Shown here one piece after another: positions 21,826 to 34,368 of a stretch of DNA of 64,000 nt. The stretch is taken from positions 73 through 64,072 of the forward strand of contig DATGVQ010000159.1 of assembly GCA_035300145.1 (NCBI GenBank), given 5' to 3'. The notes under the pieces were generated by a model, which saw only the letters and a list, made by a program, of their open reading frames with translations, did no database searches and was not told the DNA's origin. The first letter of the stretch is position 1. The number at the start of each line of letters is the position of its first letter. Position numbers and translations under genes: made by a program. The stretch is from Acidiferrobacterales bacterium. Lineage in GTDB: Bacteria > Pseudomonadota > Gammaproteobacteria > Acidiferrobacterales > DATGVQ01.

Positions 21826-22269
21826 TCACAGCTCCTTGTAAGTGCACATCAATTCAGCGGTACAGACGATCTTGTCGTCGACTTTGGCGTTCGCCGCAAA
21901 GCGCCAGATGCCTTGCAGCTTGCGTAGCAGCGAGACTTCGATTCTCAATTGATCGCCCGGCTCCACGGTACGCTTGAAGCGGGCTTTGTCGATGCCGACA
22001 AATAAATACACGGCATGGTCGCCGGGGAGTTTATCCAGCGTTTTAAAAGAGAATACCGCGCACGCCTGGGCCATGGCCTCCACCACCAGCACGCCGGGCA
22101 TCACCGGATGATCCGGGAAATGCCCCTGGAAAAAGGGTTCATTTATGGTCACGTTTTTAATAGCAACGAGGGACTCGCCTTTGGTATATTCCAATACCCG
22201 GTCGATGAGCAAAAACGGATAGCGGTGCGGAAGGTGTTTCATTACCTCGTGGATATCCAACTTATTCAA
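21826..22269 (-). CDS. fabZ: 3-hydroxyacyl-ACP dehydratase
   Basis: 147 aa with the motif [12 protein letters not shown]. Confidence 0.97.
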   Translation of the reverse strand: MNKLDIHEVMKHLPHRYPFLLIDRVLEYTKGESLVAIKNVTINEPFFQGHFPDHPVMPGVLVVEAMAQACAVFSFKTLDKLPGDHAVYLFVGIDKARFKRTVEPGDQLRIEVSLLRKLQGIWRFAANAKVDDKIVCTAELMCTYKEL

Positions 22270-23303
22270 TTTTTCTCTCCGGAAAAAATTTGATGTATTT
22301 TCTGTTCCAGCTTCTTAAGACGGCGCGCAATCTCATCCAACCGGCGAAAACGCGCCAGATTTTTGCGCCACTGACTTACCGGCTCTACCGGCATAGTAGA
22401 CGAATACACGCCTGGTTTGTAGATTGAGCTGCTGACCAGCGAAGTCGCGGTGATCTGAACATCATCGGCGATTTGTAGATGACCCAATATACCGGCGCCG
22501 CCGCCGATCATACAGCGCTTGCCGATGATTGCGCTGCCGGCGATACCGACGCATGCGGCGATGGCGGTATGTTCACCGATCTGCACGTTATGCGCGATTT
22601 GGATCAAGTTGTCCAATTTCACGCCATTGCCGATAACGGTATCGCCCAAGGCGCCCCGGTCGACGGTAGTATTAGCCCCAATCTCGACATCATCGCCAAT
22701 AATAACGCGCCCCAGTTGCGGCATCTTGACCCACACCGCGCCGTCATTGGCATAGCCAAAACCGTCGCTGCCGATCACCGCGCCCGGATAGATTATGCAG
22801 CGTTTGCCGATGATGCACTGATCGTTCACCGTTACCCGTGCGGTCAAATAAGAATCCTCGCCGATCCGCACATTTTCCCCGACATAACAACCGGCGCCGA
22901 TAAACACATTGTTTCCAATCACGGCGCCTGCTCCGACCACGGCGTGCGCGCCTACCCAAGCATCGGACGCAAGCGCCGCACGCTTATCCACCACCGCGGT
23001 AGGATGAGTGCCGGCGGAAAACCGGGCGCGGGCATAGAGTAACGCCGCGATACGTGCAAAACACAGCCGTGGATTGTCGGCGATTAAGGCGACGCCGGAA
23101 TAAAGCTCTTCATCGGCCGGCGCCAGAATCACGGCGCCGGCGCGCGTTGTCGCCAGATACTGGTGATATTTCGCGCTCGTTACGTAAACGATATCGGCAG
23201 GACCGGCGGTTTCCAGGGCGGCAACGCCGGTAATTTTTATATTACCGTCGCCGCGTACGCGTGCGTTGCAGCGCTGCGCGAGTTCAGCAATCGCGAACGC
23301 CAT
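22266..23303 (-). CDS. lpxD: UDP-3-O-acylglucosamine N-acyltransferase
   Basis: 345 aa with a left-handed beta-helix repeat region. 4-nt overlap with fabZ. Confidence 0.96.
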   Translation of the reverse strand: MAFAIAELAQRCNARVRGDGNIKITGVAALETAGPADIVYVTSAKYHQYLATTRAGAVILAPADEELYSGVALIADNPRLCFARIAALLYARARFSAGTHPTAVVDKRAALASDAWVGAHAVVGAGAVIGNNVFIGAGCYVGENVRIGEDSYLTARVTVNDQCIIGKRCIIYPGAVIGSDGFGYANDGAVWVKMPQLGRVIIGDDVEIGANTTVDRGALGDTVIGNGVKLDNLIQIAHNVQIGEHTAIAACVGIAGSAIIGKRCMIGGGAGILGHLQIADDVQITATSLVSSSIYKPGVYSSTMPVEPVSQWRKNLARFRRLDEIARRLKKLEQKIHQIFSGEKN

Positions 23304-23373
23304 CGTTGTAATTATTCTTACTGAGTTTCTTCAAGATCGCGGCCATAAATTTCCGAACTAATTTTCTATTCCA

Positions 23374-25662
23374 TTATTGAAATGCCACGCCCAAGGTGAA
23401 CTGCAACCTGTCAATACTATCCCCTTCTTTCGCATTGAGAGGACGCGCCCAACTGAGGCTAATAGGACCAATGGGCGAAAAATAATTAGCCGCCAAGCCG
23501 GTGGAGTAGCGTAATCCTCCCAAGTCTACCCGCTCGGAGGGAGCATATACCATACCGGCATCGACAAACACACTCAAGCGCAAGGATTTATTCTCGCGTG
23601 CGCCGGGAAACGGGAAAAGAATCTCGGTATTGCCCAGCACGCGCGTGCTGCCGCCGATCGGATCATTGGGCGGCAGGGTATCTTTGGGCCCAAGCGAGCG
23701 TCCGCGGTACCCGCGCACGCTGTTGCTGCCGCCGGCGTAAAAGTTTTTATAGAACGGGAGCTCAGGAGTTTTACCGTAGCCGTCACCATAACCTAATTCG
23801 CCCCTGAGCTTTAACGTGTAATCACTGCTCAAAGGATGGTACAAACCTGCCACATATATTAGACGATAATATTCCAGATTGCTGCCCGGCACACTGATCT
23901 CGCCGGAAACCTGCTGCAGCGTTCCTTGCGTCGGGAAAATCCGGCTATTCAGCGTGTCGCGCGCCCAGCCCAGCGTGGCTTTGACAACCTGGTTGGTGTC
24001 GCCGTGCTCCGCGACGAAATCTTGCGCGATCTGCGCGCTGGTAGAGGTTACGTCCAAGTGCACGCTCTCATATCCTACACCCAGGTTAATCGACCGGTCT
24101 TCACTGATCGGAATGTTATAAGAAACGCTGGCGCCTTCGGTGGTGGAATTATAAGAGGCGATATTTACCGCGGCCGCATTTATTTTGCTGGAAAAAATAT
24201 TGAACGCCCGGCTGACGCCGTCAGGCGTATAGTAAGGATTGATGTAACTAAGGTTGATAATTTTATTGAATGAGCTGTTATCGATTCTGGCACCGACTTC
24301 TTTACCGGTTCCCAAGAAGTTTTTAAAGTTCACGCTTGCATTTAACAACAGGCCATCGACATCCGAGTAGCCGATACCGGCGGTAAAAGTTCCGGTGGGG
24401 CGTTCTTTAACAGTGATATTAACGTCAACTTGATCGGGGCTACCCGGTACCGCCGGTGTCTCGACAGTCACTTCATCAAAAAATCCCACCCGCCGCAGGC
24501 GCTCCACCGAGCGCTGGATTTTCGCTCCGGAATACCATGCCCCCTCAAATTGACGCATCTCCCGCCGCAGCACTTCATCATGCGTAACGGTGTTGCCGGA
24601 GAAATTGACCCGGCGCACATAAACGCGCTGACCGGGATCGACAAACAAGGTAAAAGCCACGGTTTGTTTCTGTTTGTCAATTTCCGGGATAGCGTTCACG
24701 TTGGCAAAGGCATAGCCTTCATTGCCCAAACGATCGGTGATCTTTTTGCTGCTATCGGTAAGCACCTGGCGTGAAAATACATCGCCCGGCTTGAGGCGTA
24801 TTAAATTACGCAGTTCTTGCTCGTCGACCACCAGTTTCCCCACCAGTTTATAGCCGGAAACAGTATATTTTTTTCCTTCGGTCAGATTGATGGTGAGATA
24901 GATGGATTGTTTGTCGGGGGTAATCGAGACCTGTGTGGAAGCGATATTAAATTCCAAATAACCGCGGTTCTGATAAAAGCTGCGCAGACTTTCCAAATCA
25001 GACGCCAGTTTTTGTTTGGAATATTGATCATTCTTAGTTAAGAAACTAAACATGGTCGGGGTGCTTAAGGTAAATGTCCTCAATAACTCTTTATTACTGA
25101 AGGCGCGATTGCCGACGATATTGATCTGCTGAATCTTCGTAATCATTCCTTCAGATATGTCGATTTTAATCGCGACGCGATTGCGCTCGAGCGGCGTTAC
25201 CGTCGGTTTTACCTTGATGGCATAGCGGCCACGATTAAAATATTGCCGTTTTAATTCCTGCTCCACCTTATCGAGGATGGAGGTATTAAACACCCGGCCT
25301 TCAGCCAGGCCGATCTCTTTCAATGATTTTTTGATCGTCGCCTCATCGATGTCTTTCGCGCCGATGATCTTGATGCTGTCAATCGATGGCCGCTCATCGA
25401 CGATGACAATCAGCACGTCGTCCTTGCGCTCTAACCGCACGTCATTAAAGAATCCGGTTTTAAATAACGCGCGTATCGCCTCCTGCGCCGAGGCTTCCGT
25501 CACCCTATCGCCGACTTTTATAGGGAGATAATTAAACACCGTACCGGGTTCGGTACGTTGCAGGCCCTCTACGCGAATATCCTTGACAACAAAGGGTTCA
25601 ATGGCAAAGACCAGGGAAACGGATAGGGCATATAAAAATGCCACGGCAAAAAAAAATTTCAT
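23374..25662 (-). CDS. bamA: Outer membrane protein assembly factor BamA
   Basis: 762 aa with a signal peptide, POTRA region (FVVKDIRVEGLQRTEPGTV...) and a C-terminal beta-barrel ending ...QFTLGVAFQ. Confidence 0.97.
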   Translation of the reverse strand: MKFFFAVAFLYALSVSLVFAIEPFVVKDIRVEGLQRTEPGTVFNYLPIKVGDRVTEASAQEAIRALFKTGFFNDVRLERKDDVLIVIVDERPSIDSIKIIGAKDIDEATIKKSLKEIGLAEGRVFNTSILDKVEQELKRQYFNRGRYAIKVKPTVTPLERNRVAIKIDISEGMITKIQQINIVGNRAFSNKELLRTFTLSTPTMFSFLTKNDQYSKQKLASDLESLRSFYQNRGYLEFNIASTQVSITPDKQSIYLTINLTEGKKYTVSGYKLVGKLVVDEQELRNLIRLKPGDVFSRQVLTDSSKKITDRLGNEGYAFANVNAIPEIDKQKQTVAFTLFVDPGQRVYVRRVNFSGNTVTHDEVLRREMRQFEGAWYSGAKIQRSVERLRRVGFFDEVTVETPAVPGSPDQVDVNITVKERPTGTFTAGIGYSDVDGLLLNASVNFKNFLGTGKEVGARIDNSSFNKIINLSYINPYYTPDGVSRAFNIFSSKINAAAVNIASYNSTTEGASVSYNIPISEDRSINLGVGYESVHLDVTSTSAQIAQDFVAEHGDTNQVVKATLGWARDTLNSRIFPTQGTLQQVSGEISVPGSNLEYYRLIYVAGLYHPLSSDYTLKLRGELGYGDGYGKTPELPFYKNFYAGGSNSVRGYRGRSLGPKDTLPPNDPIGGSTRVLGNTEILFPFPGARENKSLRLSVFVDAGMVYAPSERVDLGGLRYSTGLAANYFSPIGPISLSWARPLNAKEGDSIDRLQFTLGVAFQ

Positions 25663-25691
25663 TATAATTTTAAAACCGGAATCGCCCTGAA

Positions 25692-27056
25692 TCAGTGCAA
25701 AATTCTTACAAAATCATTGTAAAACGCCAAAATCATAAGACCCACCAGCAGCACGGCGCCGACGCGCTGCCCCCACTCCAGGGCCTGCTCGGATACCGGG
25801 CTGCCTTTTACCGCTTCGATCGCATAATAAAGCAAGTGTCCGCCGTCAAGCACCGGCACCGGCAACAAATTTAATACGCCGAGGCTGATACTGACCACCG
25901 CTAAAAACATAAGAAAGCGATCCCACCCTATTTGCGCGGAATAACCGGCATAGCGGGCGATGCTGATCGGCCCACTGATATTCTCGGTGGAAACTTCCAG
26001 TTTCAACATTTTATATAACACATTGAGCGTCAATGCAGACATGAGCCAGGTATTCTCTACTCCTTGCCATAAAGCTTGCACTGGACCATAGCGAACCTTA
26101 ATGCGCCACTCCGGCGGGATTTGCGGCGCCTGCACACCGGCGCCGATTTTGCCCACTGTTTTACCAGCGCTCTGGGTGGCTCGCGGCGTCACCTCCATTT
26201 TTATCAGTGCGCCGTCGCGCTGAACCACCAGGCGCAGGGTTTGATCCGGGCTTTTACTTATCCAGGCGACCGCCTCTTGCCAGGTTTGCACGTTATGGCC
26301 GTCGATCTCGGCAATACGGTCGCCGGCCTTAAGGCCGGCCTTGGCCGCCGGGCTTTGTGCCTCGACAAATCCAATTACCGGCGGAATCTCGGGAATATAG
26401 CCGTACCAGCCGATATTCTGTTCCAGTAAACCCGCGCTGACTTCTTGCGCTGAGAGTGAAGAAAAATTCAAATGCCGCGTTTGCAGATAGCCATCGGCAT
26501 CGCGCACTTCGACATCAACTTCCGAGCGGTCCAGGGCCTTTTGAAATAAATACAACCGGTGTTGGTCGAAACTCAGCGTTCTTTTGCCGTCGATGCTCAC
26601 TATTTCATCGCCCACGCGAAACCCGCCTTGTTCGGCGATAGACCCCGGCGTCAGTTTGATAATGACCGGCTTGATGCCGTCCATGCCCACGATAAATAGC
26701 AGCCAATACGCAAGAATGGCGAACAAAAAGTTAAACAGGGGACCGGCCAGCACAATGGCGGTGCGTTTAGGAATGGACTGGCGATTGAACGCGCGGTGCT
26801 GTTCTTTTTTCGGCACCTTGCCTTCATTCTCATCCAGCATTTTTACGTAACCGCCTAACGGCAGCGCGGCAAGAACATATTCGGTTTGATCGGCGCCCGC
26901 TCGCCGGGTCCACAAGGCTTTACCGAAACCGACGGAAAAGCGCAGCACTTTCACGCCTAATTTCTTTGCCACCCAATAATGGCCGAATTCGTGCACGATC
27001 ACCAAAATACTGATGGCGACAATGAATCCGATCAGGCTGTATAAGAATTCGATCAC
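25692..27056 (-). CDS. rseP: Site-2 protease RseP (M50)
   Basis: 454 aa with HEFGHYWVA (HExxH) in TM1 and two PDZ-like regions. Confidence 0.96.
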   Translation of the reverse strand: MIEFLYSLIGFIVAISILVIVHEFGHYWVAKKLGVKVLRFSVGFGKALWTRRAGADQTEYVLAALPLGGYVKMLDENEGKVPKKEQHRAFNRQSIPKRTAIVLAGPLFNFLFAILAYWLLFIVGMDGIKPVIIKLTPGSIAEQGGFRVGDEIVSIDGKRTLSFDQHRLYLFQKALDRSEVDVEVRDADGYLQTRHLNFSSLSAQEVSAGLLEQNIGWYGYIPEIPPVIGFVEAQSPAAKAGLKAGDRIAEIDGHNVQTWQEAVAWISKSPDQTLRLVVQRDGALIKMEVTPRATQSAGKTVGKIGAGVQAPQIPPEWRIKVRYGPVQALWQGVENTWLMSALTLNVLYKMLKLEVSTENISGPISIARYAGYSAQIGWDRFLMFLAVVSISLGVLNLLPVPVLDGGHLLYYAIEAVKGSPVSEQALEWGQRVGAVLLVGLMILAFYNDFVRILH

Positions 27057-28306
27057 AAACCAACGCTCCTATGATTTCTTTCCAATCTTGCGACACAGTC
27101 TATCGCCGTTTCGCGCGCACGGGTATCCTCCGTCAAAATCGCCGCGAGCTGCATGTCCTGGCTGATGGAAGCGGCGGATAACGTGGTTTCGATCACTTCG
27201 GGAATCGCAAGGAAAGTGATTCTACGATCAAGAAACGCCTGCACGGCGATTTCGTTAGCCGCATTCAATACCGCCGGCGCGGTGCCACCCAGGCGCGCCG
27301 CTTCATAAGCCAGTTGCAGGCAAGGAAATCGCACGAGGTCCGGCGGCGCGAACTCCAAACGGCCGATGGCAAACAAATCCAGGCTGTTTACGCCGGACTC
27401 GATACGCTCAGGCCAGGCCAGGGCATGCGCAATCGGGGTACGCATATCAGGATTGCTTAATTGCGCAAGCACCGATCCGTCGATGTATTCCACCATCGAA
27501 TGAATGACGCTCTGCGGATGGATCACGATTTGGATCTGCTCCGGCGTCGCATCGAATAACCAACAGGCCTCGATCAACTCCAGGCCTTTGTTCATCAGCG
27601 TGGCCGAATCCACCGAAATCTTGCGCCCCATCACCCAATTTGGATGCGCGCACGCCTGGTCCGGCGTCACCCCGGCAAGTTGCGCAAGCGGCGTATTACG
27701 GAACGGCCCGCCGGAACAAGTCAATAAGATTTTACGCACGCCGGTTCTGTCAAAACCGACTTTGTAAAGGCCCGGCGAACACTGAAAAATGGCGTTATGC
27801 TCGCTATCGATCGGCAGCAGTTCGCTGCCTGCGCGCTGCGCCTCTTGCATGAACAGGCGGCCCGACATGACTAATGGTTCTTTATTAGCCAGCAGAACGC
27901 GCTTGCCCGCGCGTACCGCCATAAGCGTTGGTAACAAACCGGCGGCGCCGACAATGGCGGCGACCACAATATCTGCCTGTGTCAGACTCGCCACTTGGTT
28001 TAAGCCGCCGGTGCCCGATAATACTTCGATAGGCAAGCCCACCGTTCGTAGGCGGTCTCTCAGTTGTTGCGCGGCATCCGGATCGAGCATCACCGCCCAT
28101 TCCGGCATAAAACGCTGACACTGATCAAACAACCGTTCGACTTGCGTGTTTCCGGTCAGCGCCACTATCTTATAACGGGAGGGATGCATGGCGATTACGT
28201 TGAGCGCGCTCATGCCGATTGAACCGGTGGCGCCCAGCACGGTCACTCCTTTCTTACGGGTGACCTCCGCTCCCTTCAACGACTCGAATAGCGGCAGAGT
28301 GTTCAT
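27053..28306 (-). CDS. dxr: 1-deoxy-D-xylulose-5-phosphate reductoisomerase
   Basis: GATGSIG NADPH motif. Start set at the ATG that overlaps the cdsA TGA by 1 nt (TGATG at 28308-28304). A GTG nearer the GATGSIG motif is also possible. Confidence 0.93.
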   Translation of the reverse strand: MNTLPLFESLKGAEVTRKKGVTVLGATGSIGMSALNVIAMHPSRYKIVALTGNTQVERLFDQCQRFMPEWAVMLDPDAAQQLRDRLRTVGLPIEVLSGTGGLNQVASLTQADIVVAAIVGAAGLLPTLMAVRAGKRVLLANKEPLVMSGRLFMQEAQRAGSELLPIDSEHNAIFQCSPGLYKVGFDRTGVRKILLTCSGGPFRNTPLAQLAGVTPDQACAHPNWVMGRKISVDSATLMNKGLELIEACWLFDATPEQIQIVIHPQSVIHSMVEYIDGSVLAQLSNPDMRTPIAHALAWPERIESGVNSLDLFAIGRLEFAPPDLVRFPCLQLAYEAARLGGTAPAVLNAANEIAVQAFLDRRITFLAIPEVIETTLSAASISQDMQLAAILTEDTRARETAIDCVARLERNHRSVGL

Positions 28307-29118
28307 CACACGAGCCCTAATAATAAGCAACCCAAGCAGAATACCGGTGCGGCGGCGGTAAACCCATCAATACGGTCAAACACGCCGCCGTGGCCGGGCA
28401 ATAACCTGCCGCTATCTTTGACTCCGGCTATACGCTTAATCCTGCTCTCCACCAGATCGCCGAGCACCGAAAATAAAGCGGCGACGATGGCGATAACTAA
28501 CCATATAAACAAGGTTAAGCCGGAAAACTCCCATATGAACACGCCGGCAACCCAGGCGAGAATGGTAACGGCAACAACTGCCCCCCATAACCCTTCAGCG
28601 CTTTTACCAGGGCTGACGTGCGGCGCGAGCTTGGTTTTACCCCAGGCGCGCCCGACAAAATAGGCGCTGGAATCGGCGATCCAAACGAGGACAAATAAAA
28701 ACAACAGGATCGCCGGACGGCGCGGATCGGTGGCGTGCAGATAGACCGCGGCATCCCAAGCGGGAAAAAGAATGAAAAAACCACTTATCGCTTTTCCCCA
28801 GACCGAGCTGAACATGCCTAAATGGATATGCGTATCCGGCTGCAATTCATTCAACGCCAACAGCCACCACGATACGCTTAATATAAGAATCGGTAAAATA
28901 GGCGTGGAGACATAAAGCGCGAGGCCGATCAGTCCTATACCTATTATATAGAAGCAGCGGAGCCATTTTGACAACCCGCTAAGCGCCGCCCATTCCCAAG
29001 CCGCCGCCAACACGAAGATACCGAGAATAACCGCGATTCCGATGGTCGGAAGGCGGAACAGCGCCACGACTATTAATACGATCAGCGCAAATGCAGTCAA
29101 TAACCGCCATTTAAGCAT
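28306..29118 (-). CDS. cdsA: Phosphatidate cytidylyltransferase
   Basis: Polytopic membrane protein. Start taken at [10 protein letters not shown]..., which overlaps the uppS stop by 8 nt. The upstream 31 codons of the track ORF lie inside uppS. Confidence 0.93.
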   Translation of the reverse strand: MLKWRLLTAFALIVLIVVALFRLPTIGIAVILGIFVLAAAWEWAALSGLSKWLRCFYIIGIGLIGLALYVSTPILPILILSVSWWLLALNELQPDTHIHLGMFSSVWGKAISGFFILFPAWDAAVYLHATDPRRPAILLFLFVLVWIADSSAYFVGRAWGKTKLAPHVSPGKSAEGLWGAVVAVTILAWVAGVFIWEFSGLTLFIWLVIAIVAALFSVLGDLVESRIKRIAGVKDSGRLLPGHGGVFDRIDGFTAAAPVFCLGCLLLGLV

Positions 29119-29881
29119 GACCGGCCGCCTCGACTTGCTCCCCTGTCCGGCCGAAGCGCCGTTGGCGCCCGGCATAGGACAGCAAAGCCGTGTCAAACTG
29201 CGTACGGTCAAAATCAGGCCAGAGTACCGGGGTGAAATACAATTCTGAGTAGGCCAATTGCCACAGCAAAAAATTGCTGATGCGCTGCTCGCCGCCGGTA
29301 CGGATAAACAAATCCGGTTCCGGCGTGCCGTATAAACTTAGAAAGGGCTCCAGACTCTCGGGTGTGATGGCAGCGGGATCAAGCTTGCCTGATTGGGCTT
29401 GCCTGGCGATCTCCGCGCAGGCGCGCGCGATATCCCAACGCCCGCCATAATTGGCGGCAATGGTCAGCACCAGCGCGGTGTTATTTCTCGTACGCGCCTC
29501 CGCCTGTTTGACTCTGGCTAGAATTTTCTTGCCGAAAGGCTGTACATCGCCGATCACGCGGAAGCGTATATTATTGGCGTGCAGATTGTTGACTTCTTTT
29601 TCCAGCGCGGTCATAAAAAGTTCGATCAATAATTTGACTTCTAATTCCGGCCGCCGCCAGTTTTCGCTGCTAAAGGCGAACAAGGTCAAATAAGAAATGC
29701 CGTTGGCGCCGCACGCCGCGATCAGCTCGCGCACCATCTCCACGCCTTTGCGGTGGCCCGCGACCCGAGGCAGGCTGCGCTGTTTAGCCCAACGCCCGTT
29801 ACCGTCCATAATGACCGCGACATGGCGTGGAACTGCTGAGCTTGGGAGCGTAATAGGGCTGATTGAGGTGGATTTATTCAT
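29111..29881 (-). CDS. uppS: Undecaprenyl diphosphate synthase
   Basis: 256 aa with the motif HVAVIMDGNGRWA. Confidence 0.97.
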   Translation of the reverse strand: MNKSTSISPITLPSSAVPRHVAVIMDGNGRWAKQRSLPRVAGHRKGVEMVRELIAACGANGISYLTLFAFSSENWRRPELEVKLLIELFMTALEKEVNNLHANNIRFRVIGDVQPFGKKILARVKQAEARTRNNTALVLTIAANYGGRWDIARACAEIARQAQSGKLDPAAITPESLEPFLSLYGTPEPDLFIRTGGEQRISNFLLWQLAYSELYFTPVLWPDFDRTQFDTALLSYAGRQRRFGRTGEQVEAAGHA

Positions 29882-29918
29882 AAGGTGGGATTCGTTCTTC
29901 GAGCGAGCCGGCCAAAAA

Positions 29919-31212
<1,294 letters not shown>

Positions 31213-32100
31213 TCAACCTCCTTTCACTTGGGCCATCACCTCGGCGGCAAAGTCACTGACGCCTTTCTCTATGCCCTCGCCCACTTCGTAACGGCAAAAC
31301 CGCGTGACCGAGGCGGCAGCGGATTTCAACAGCTTTTCCACCGTGATTTCAGGATCTTTTACGAACACCTGCCCAAGCAAGGTGACTTCATTGATGAATT
31401 TATTGATCCGGCCGGCCACCATCTTCTCGACAATGTTTTCCGGCTTGCCGCTTTCTTGCGCCTGCGCGAGAAATATTTCTTTTTCGCGGCCGATCGCCTG
31501 CGGCGACACTTCCGCTTTGGAAACATAGAGCGGACGGCTGGCGGCAATATGCATTGCGATGTCGCGCGCCAAGGCCGCGTCGCCGCCCCGAATTTCTACC
31601 AGCACGCCGATTTTGCGACCATGCAAATAGCTGCCGATATGGGTCTTGTTGGCGGCATAATGCACGAAACGGCGCACATGGATGTTCTCACCCAATTTCG
31701 CCACCAGATCCGTGCGGGCTTGGGTTACCGTCACCGGCTTGCCGGCAAGCAGCGGCATACACGCCAAGGCATCAATATCGGCGGGATTTTCTTTCGCAAC
31801 GCCCACCGCCAGCGCCTGCGCGAAGCCGATAAAATCCCCGCCTTTTGCGACAAAATCGGTCTCTGAATTAACTTCCACCATGGCGGCCAGAGTACGTTCC
31901 GGATTTAGGTAAATCCCAATGGCGCCTTCTGCGGCAATGCGCCCCGCCTTCTTTTCCACTCTGGCCCCGGCTTTTTTACGCAAGGCGTCGATCGCCGCTT
32001 CCATATCGCCGTTACTTTCCAGCAACGCGGTTTTGCATTCCATCATGCCGAGGCCGGTCCGTTCCCGCAGTTCTTTTACCTGAGCCGCTGTAATCGCCAT
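31213..32100 (-). CDS. tsf: Elongation factor Ts
   Basis: 295 aa (MAITAAQVKELRERTGLGMMECKTAL). Confidence 0.98.
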   Translation of the reverse strand: MAITAAQVKELRERTGLGMMECKTALLESNGDMEAAIDALRKKAGARVEKKAGRIAAEGAIGIYLNPERTLAAMVEVNSETDFVAKGGDFIGFAQALAVGVAKENPADIDALACMPLLAGKPVTVTQARTDLVAKLGENIHVRRFVHYAANKTHIGSYLHGRKIGVLVEIRGGDAALARDIAMHIAASRPLYVSKAEVSPQAIGREKEIFLAQAQESGKPENIVEKMVAGRINKFINEVTLLGQVFVKDPEITVEKLLKSAAASVTRFCRYEVGEGIEKGVSDFAAEVMAQVKGG

Positions 32101-32145
32101 ATCCGATTCCGTTAAACTTTCTGTTAATAAATTTCGCTTAACAAG

Positions 32146-32235
32146 CTATTGATCCATGTATAAGTAATATCCGATCATTTACCAAGATCAATGCCGCGTA
32201 AGCGCTGGGCAGGAGCGGCCGCTTGACTCATCCTA
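32146..32235 (+). repeat. Repeat R1, short copy (90 bp), in the rpsB-tsf intergenic region
   Basis: ctattgatccatgtataagtaatatccgatcatttaccaagatcaatgccgcgtaagcgctgggcaggagcggccgcttgactcatccta. Colinear with the minus-strand copy at 19077-18776 but lacking its 198-bp and 14-bp segments. Contains the internal inverted repeat ATTGATC...GATCAAT. Confidence 0.85.
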
Positions 32236-32303
32236 ACGTGACAACATGCGAGATAGGACATTGCTTTTGCATTTATCAATGGCTTACTACTTCATTATAA
32301 TAT

Positions 32304-32326
32304 GAAAGGGGGCAGCGCCCCCTTTC
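32304..32326 (-). terminator. Perfect 10-bp-stem hairpin just downstream of rpsB (candidate rpsB-tsf attenuator/terminator)
   Basis: GAAAGGGGGC-agc-GCCCCCTTTC, 4 nt after the rpsB stop, followed on the minus strand by the A/U-rich AUAUUAUAAUGAAG. An attenuator between rpsB and tsf is known in E. coli. Confidence 0.5.
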
Positions 32327-32330
32327 CGTT

Positions 32331-33260
32331 TCATTCCTCACTTTTACCGACTTTATTCACCCTGGTCTTGCCGCGTCCGGCTTCGGTTTTGGGCTTGGAT
32401 CGCACGGCGCGCTTTAATTCAACACCCACAGCTTCACCCTCTTTCTCCAGTTCCACATCCAAACCGGCAAGCATAGTGTCTATAATGTACGCCGGCTTCT
32501 TCTTAGCGATCACCTTGACCTTCGGTTCTTCCTGCACCTCTACGAACTCTTCATCGCCGGCGGGCATTACCGGCGCGATGGTTTTGCGCCCTTCGATAAT
32601 AGCGTCCGCCGCGCTTTGGGCGTACAGGCGGATGGCGCGGATGGCATCATCATTACCCGGAATAACATAATCCACGCCATCGGTTTTACAGTTGGAATCG
32701 ACCACCGCGATCACCGGGATATTTAATTTATTCGCCTCGCTTACCGCAATGTATTCGTGCCCGACGTCGATCACGAACAGCGCATCGGGCAGACCGGGCA
32801 TATCTTTAATACCGGCTAGGCTGCGATTTAACTTGTCGCGCTCGCGGGTCAGATTAAGTCCTTCCTTTTTACTCAACTTTTCCATACTGCCGTCCTCAAG
32901 CATAGTGTCGAGGTTTTTAAGACGCTCAATGGACTTCTTGACCGTCTTATAATTGGTCAGCATTCCTCCAAGCCAACGATGATTGACGTACGGGCAGCCG
33001 CAACGGGTGGCCTCTTCCCGGACGACATCCGCGGCTTGGCGCTTGGTGCCAACGAATAGGATAATGCCTTTATTCGCGGCCATTTTGTTGAGAAAATTCA
33101 TCGCCTCATTAAAAAGAGGCAGTGTTTTTTCCAGATTGATGATATGGATTTTATTGCGCTCGCCAAAAATAAACGGGCGCATCTTGGGATGCCAGAAACG
33201 GGTCTGGTGGCCGAAATGCACGCCGGCCTCCAGCATCTGGCGCATGGTGACACTACTCAT
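32331..33260 (-). CDS. rpsB: 30S ribosomal protein S2 with a C-terminal extension of about 65-70 aa
   Basis: 309 aa. The S2 core runs to about aa 225 (..AADAIIEGR). A charged tail follows ([21 protein letters not shown]...[19 protein letters not shown]). Confidence 0.97.
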   Translation of the reverse strand: MSSVTMRQMLEAGVHFGHQTRFWHPKMRPFIFGERNKIHIINLEKTLPLFNEAMNFLNKMAANKGIILFVGTKRQAADVVREEATRCGCPYVNHRWLGGMLTNYKTVKKSIERLKNLDTMLEDGSMEKLSKKEGLNLTRERDKLNRSLAGIKDMPGLPDALFVIDVGHEYIAVSEANKLNIPVIAVVDSNCKTDGVDYVIPGNDDAIRAIRLYAQSAADAIIEGRKTIAPVMPAGDEEFVEVQEEPKVKVIAKKKPAYIIDTMLAGLDVELEKEGEAVGVELKRAVRSKPKTEAGRGKTRVNKVGKSEE

Positions 33261-33386
33261 TTGCTATTCTCCGTCGGGTTTTTCCGCCATGAGCCCCGTA
33301 TATCTACCTGAATTAACGGTTAATTAATGCAAGCACCCGAATATACGTGACGACTCATGTGAGAGTTAAGGGTTAAAACGCGGCTT

Positions 33387-33397
33387 TTTATATCACA
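33387..33397 (-). promoter_or_regulatory. Candidate rpsB extended -10 promoter element
   Basis: The minus strand reads TGTGATATAAA, about 125 nt upstream of the rpsB ATG. It closely resembles the extended -10 TGTGGTATAAA that I recall as conserved for gammaproteobacterial rpsB. Confidence 0.5.
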
Positions 33398-33582
33398 GGA
33401 AGGGGCTTCCAGCAATATTTTCCGGGCAAGCGGTACTCGTATCCTGCGGAGCCCAACAGGATGATGGATGCTGCAAAGTAAAGCTTTTCAGCATCCTGCT
33501 TAGAGTAAAAATGGTGTAAAGTAACCATATTATTCAAAGTGTAAACCCTTGCACCCCTCTCGTTTAGTGGATTCTTGCCTAC

Positions 33583-34365
33583 ATGTTAGCCCCAACCAAA
33601 CCAATCAGTATTAAAACCCCGGAAGAAATTGAGAAAATGCGGGTCGCCGGCCGCCTGGCCGCGGAGCTGCTGAATATGGTTCGCCCCCATGTCCAGCCCG
33701 GCATCACCACCGGCGAACTGGACCGGATCTGCCACGACTACATTGTTAATACCCAGCGCGCGATTCCGGCGCCGCTGAATTACCGCGGGTTTCCGAAATC
33801 CATTTGCACCTCGGTCAACCATCAAGTCTGTCACGGTATCCCGGGGGACAAAAAACTAAAAAAAGGCGATATTATCAATATCGACGTTACCGTCATTAAA
33901 GACGGATATCACGGCGATACCAGTAAGATGTTTTTTGTCGGCGAGCCCTCAATCCAGGCGCGGCGCTTGGTGCAAATTTGCCATGAGTGCATGCGCAAGG
34001 GTATAGAAATCGTCAAACCCGGGGTACGCCTGGGCGATATCGGCCACCTCATTCAGCAGCATGCAGAAAAAAACCGTTTCTCCGTAGTGCGAGAATACTG
34101 TGGCCACGGCATCGGCCGCGAATTCCATGAAGAACCGCAAATACTGCATTATGGCAACCCAGGCACGGGCATGGAACTGGTGGCCGGCATGACGTTTACG
34201 ATTGAACCCATGATTAATGCCGGAAAAAAAGAGGTCAAACTTTTGCCGGATAACTGGACGGTCGTCACGCGCGACCACAGTTTATCGGCACAATGGGAAC
34301 ATACCATCCTGGTGACAGAAACCGGCCATGAAGTATTAACCGTGTTTCCCGGCGACGATATTTAA
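33583..34365 (+). CDS. map: Methionine aminopeptidase type I
   Basis: 260 aa, divergent from rpsB as in E. coli and Pseudomonas. Confidence 0.97.
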   Translation: MLAPTKPISIKTPEEIEKMRVAGRLAAELLNMVRPHVQPGITTGELDRICHDYIVNTQRAIPAPLNYRGFPKSICTSVNHQVCHGIPGDKKLKKGDIINIDVTVIKDGYHGDTSKMFFVGEPSIQARRLVQICHECMRKGIEIVKPGVRLGDIGHLIQQHAEKNRFSVVREYCGHGIGREFHEEPQILHYGNPGTGMELVAGMTFTIEPMINAGKKEVKLLPDNWTVVTRDHSLSAQWEHTILVTETGHEVLTVFPGDDI

Positions 34366-34368
34366 TCT

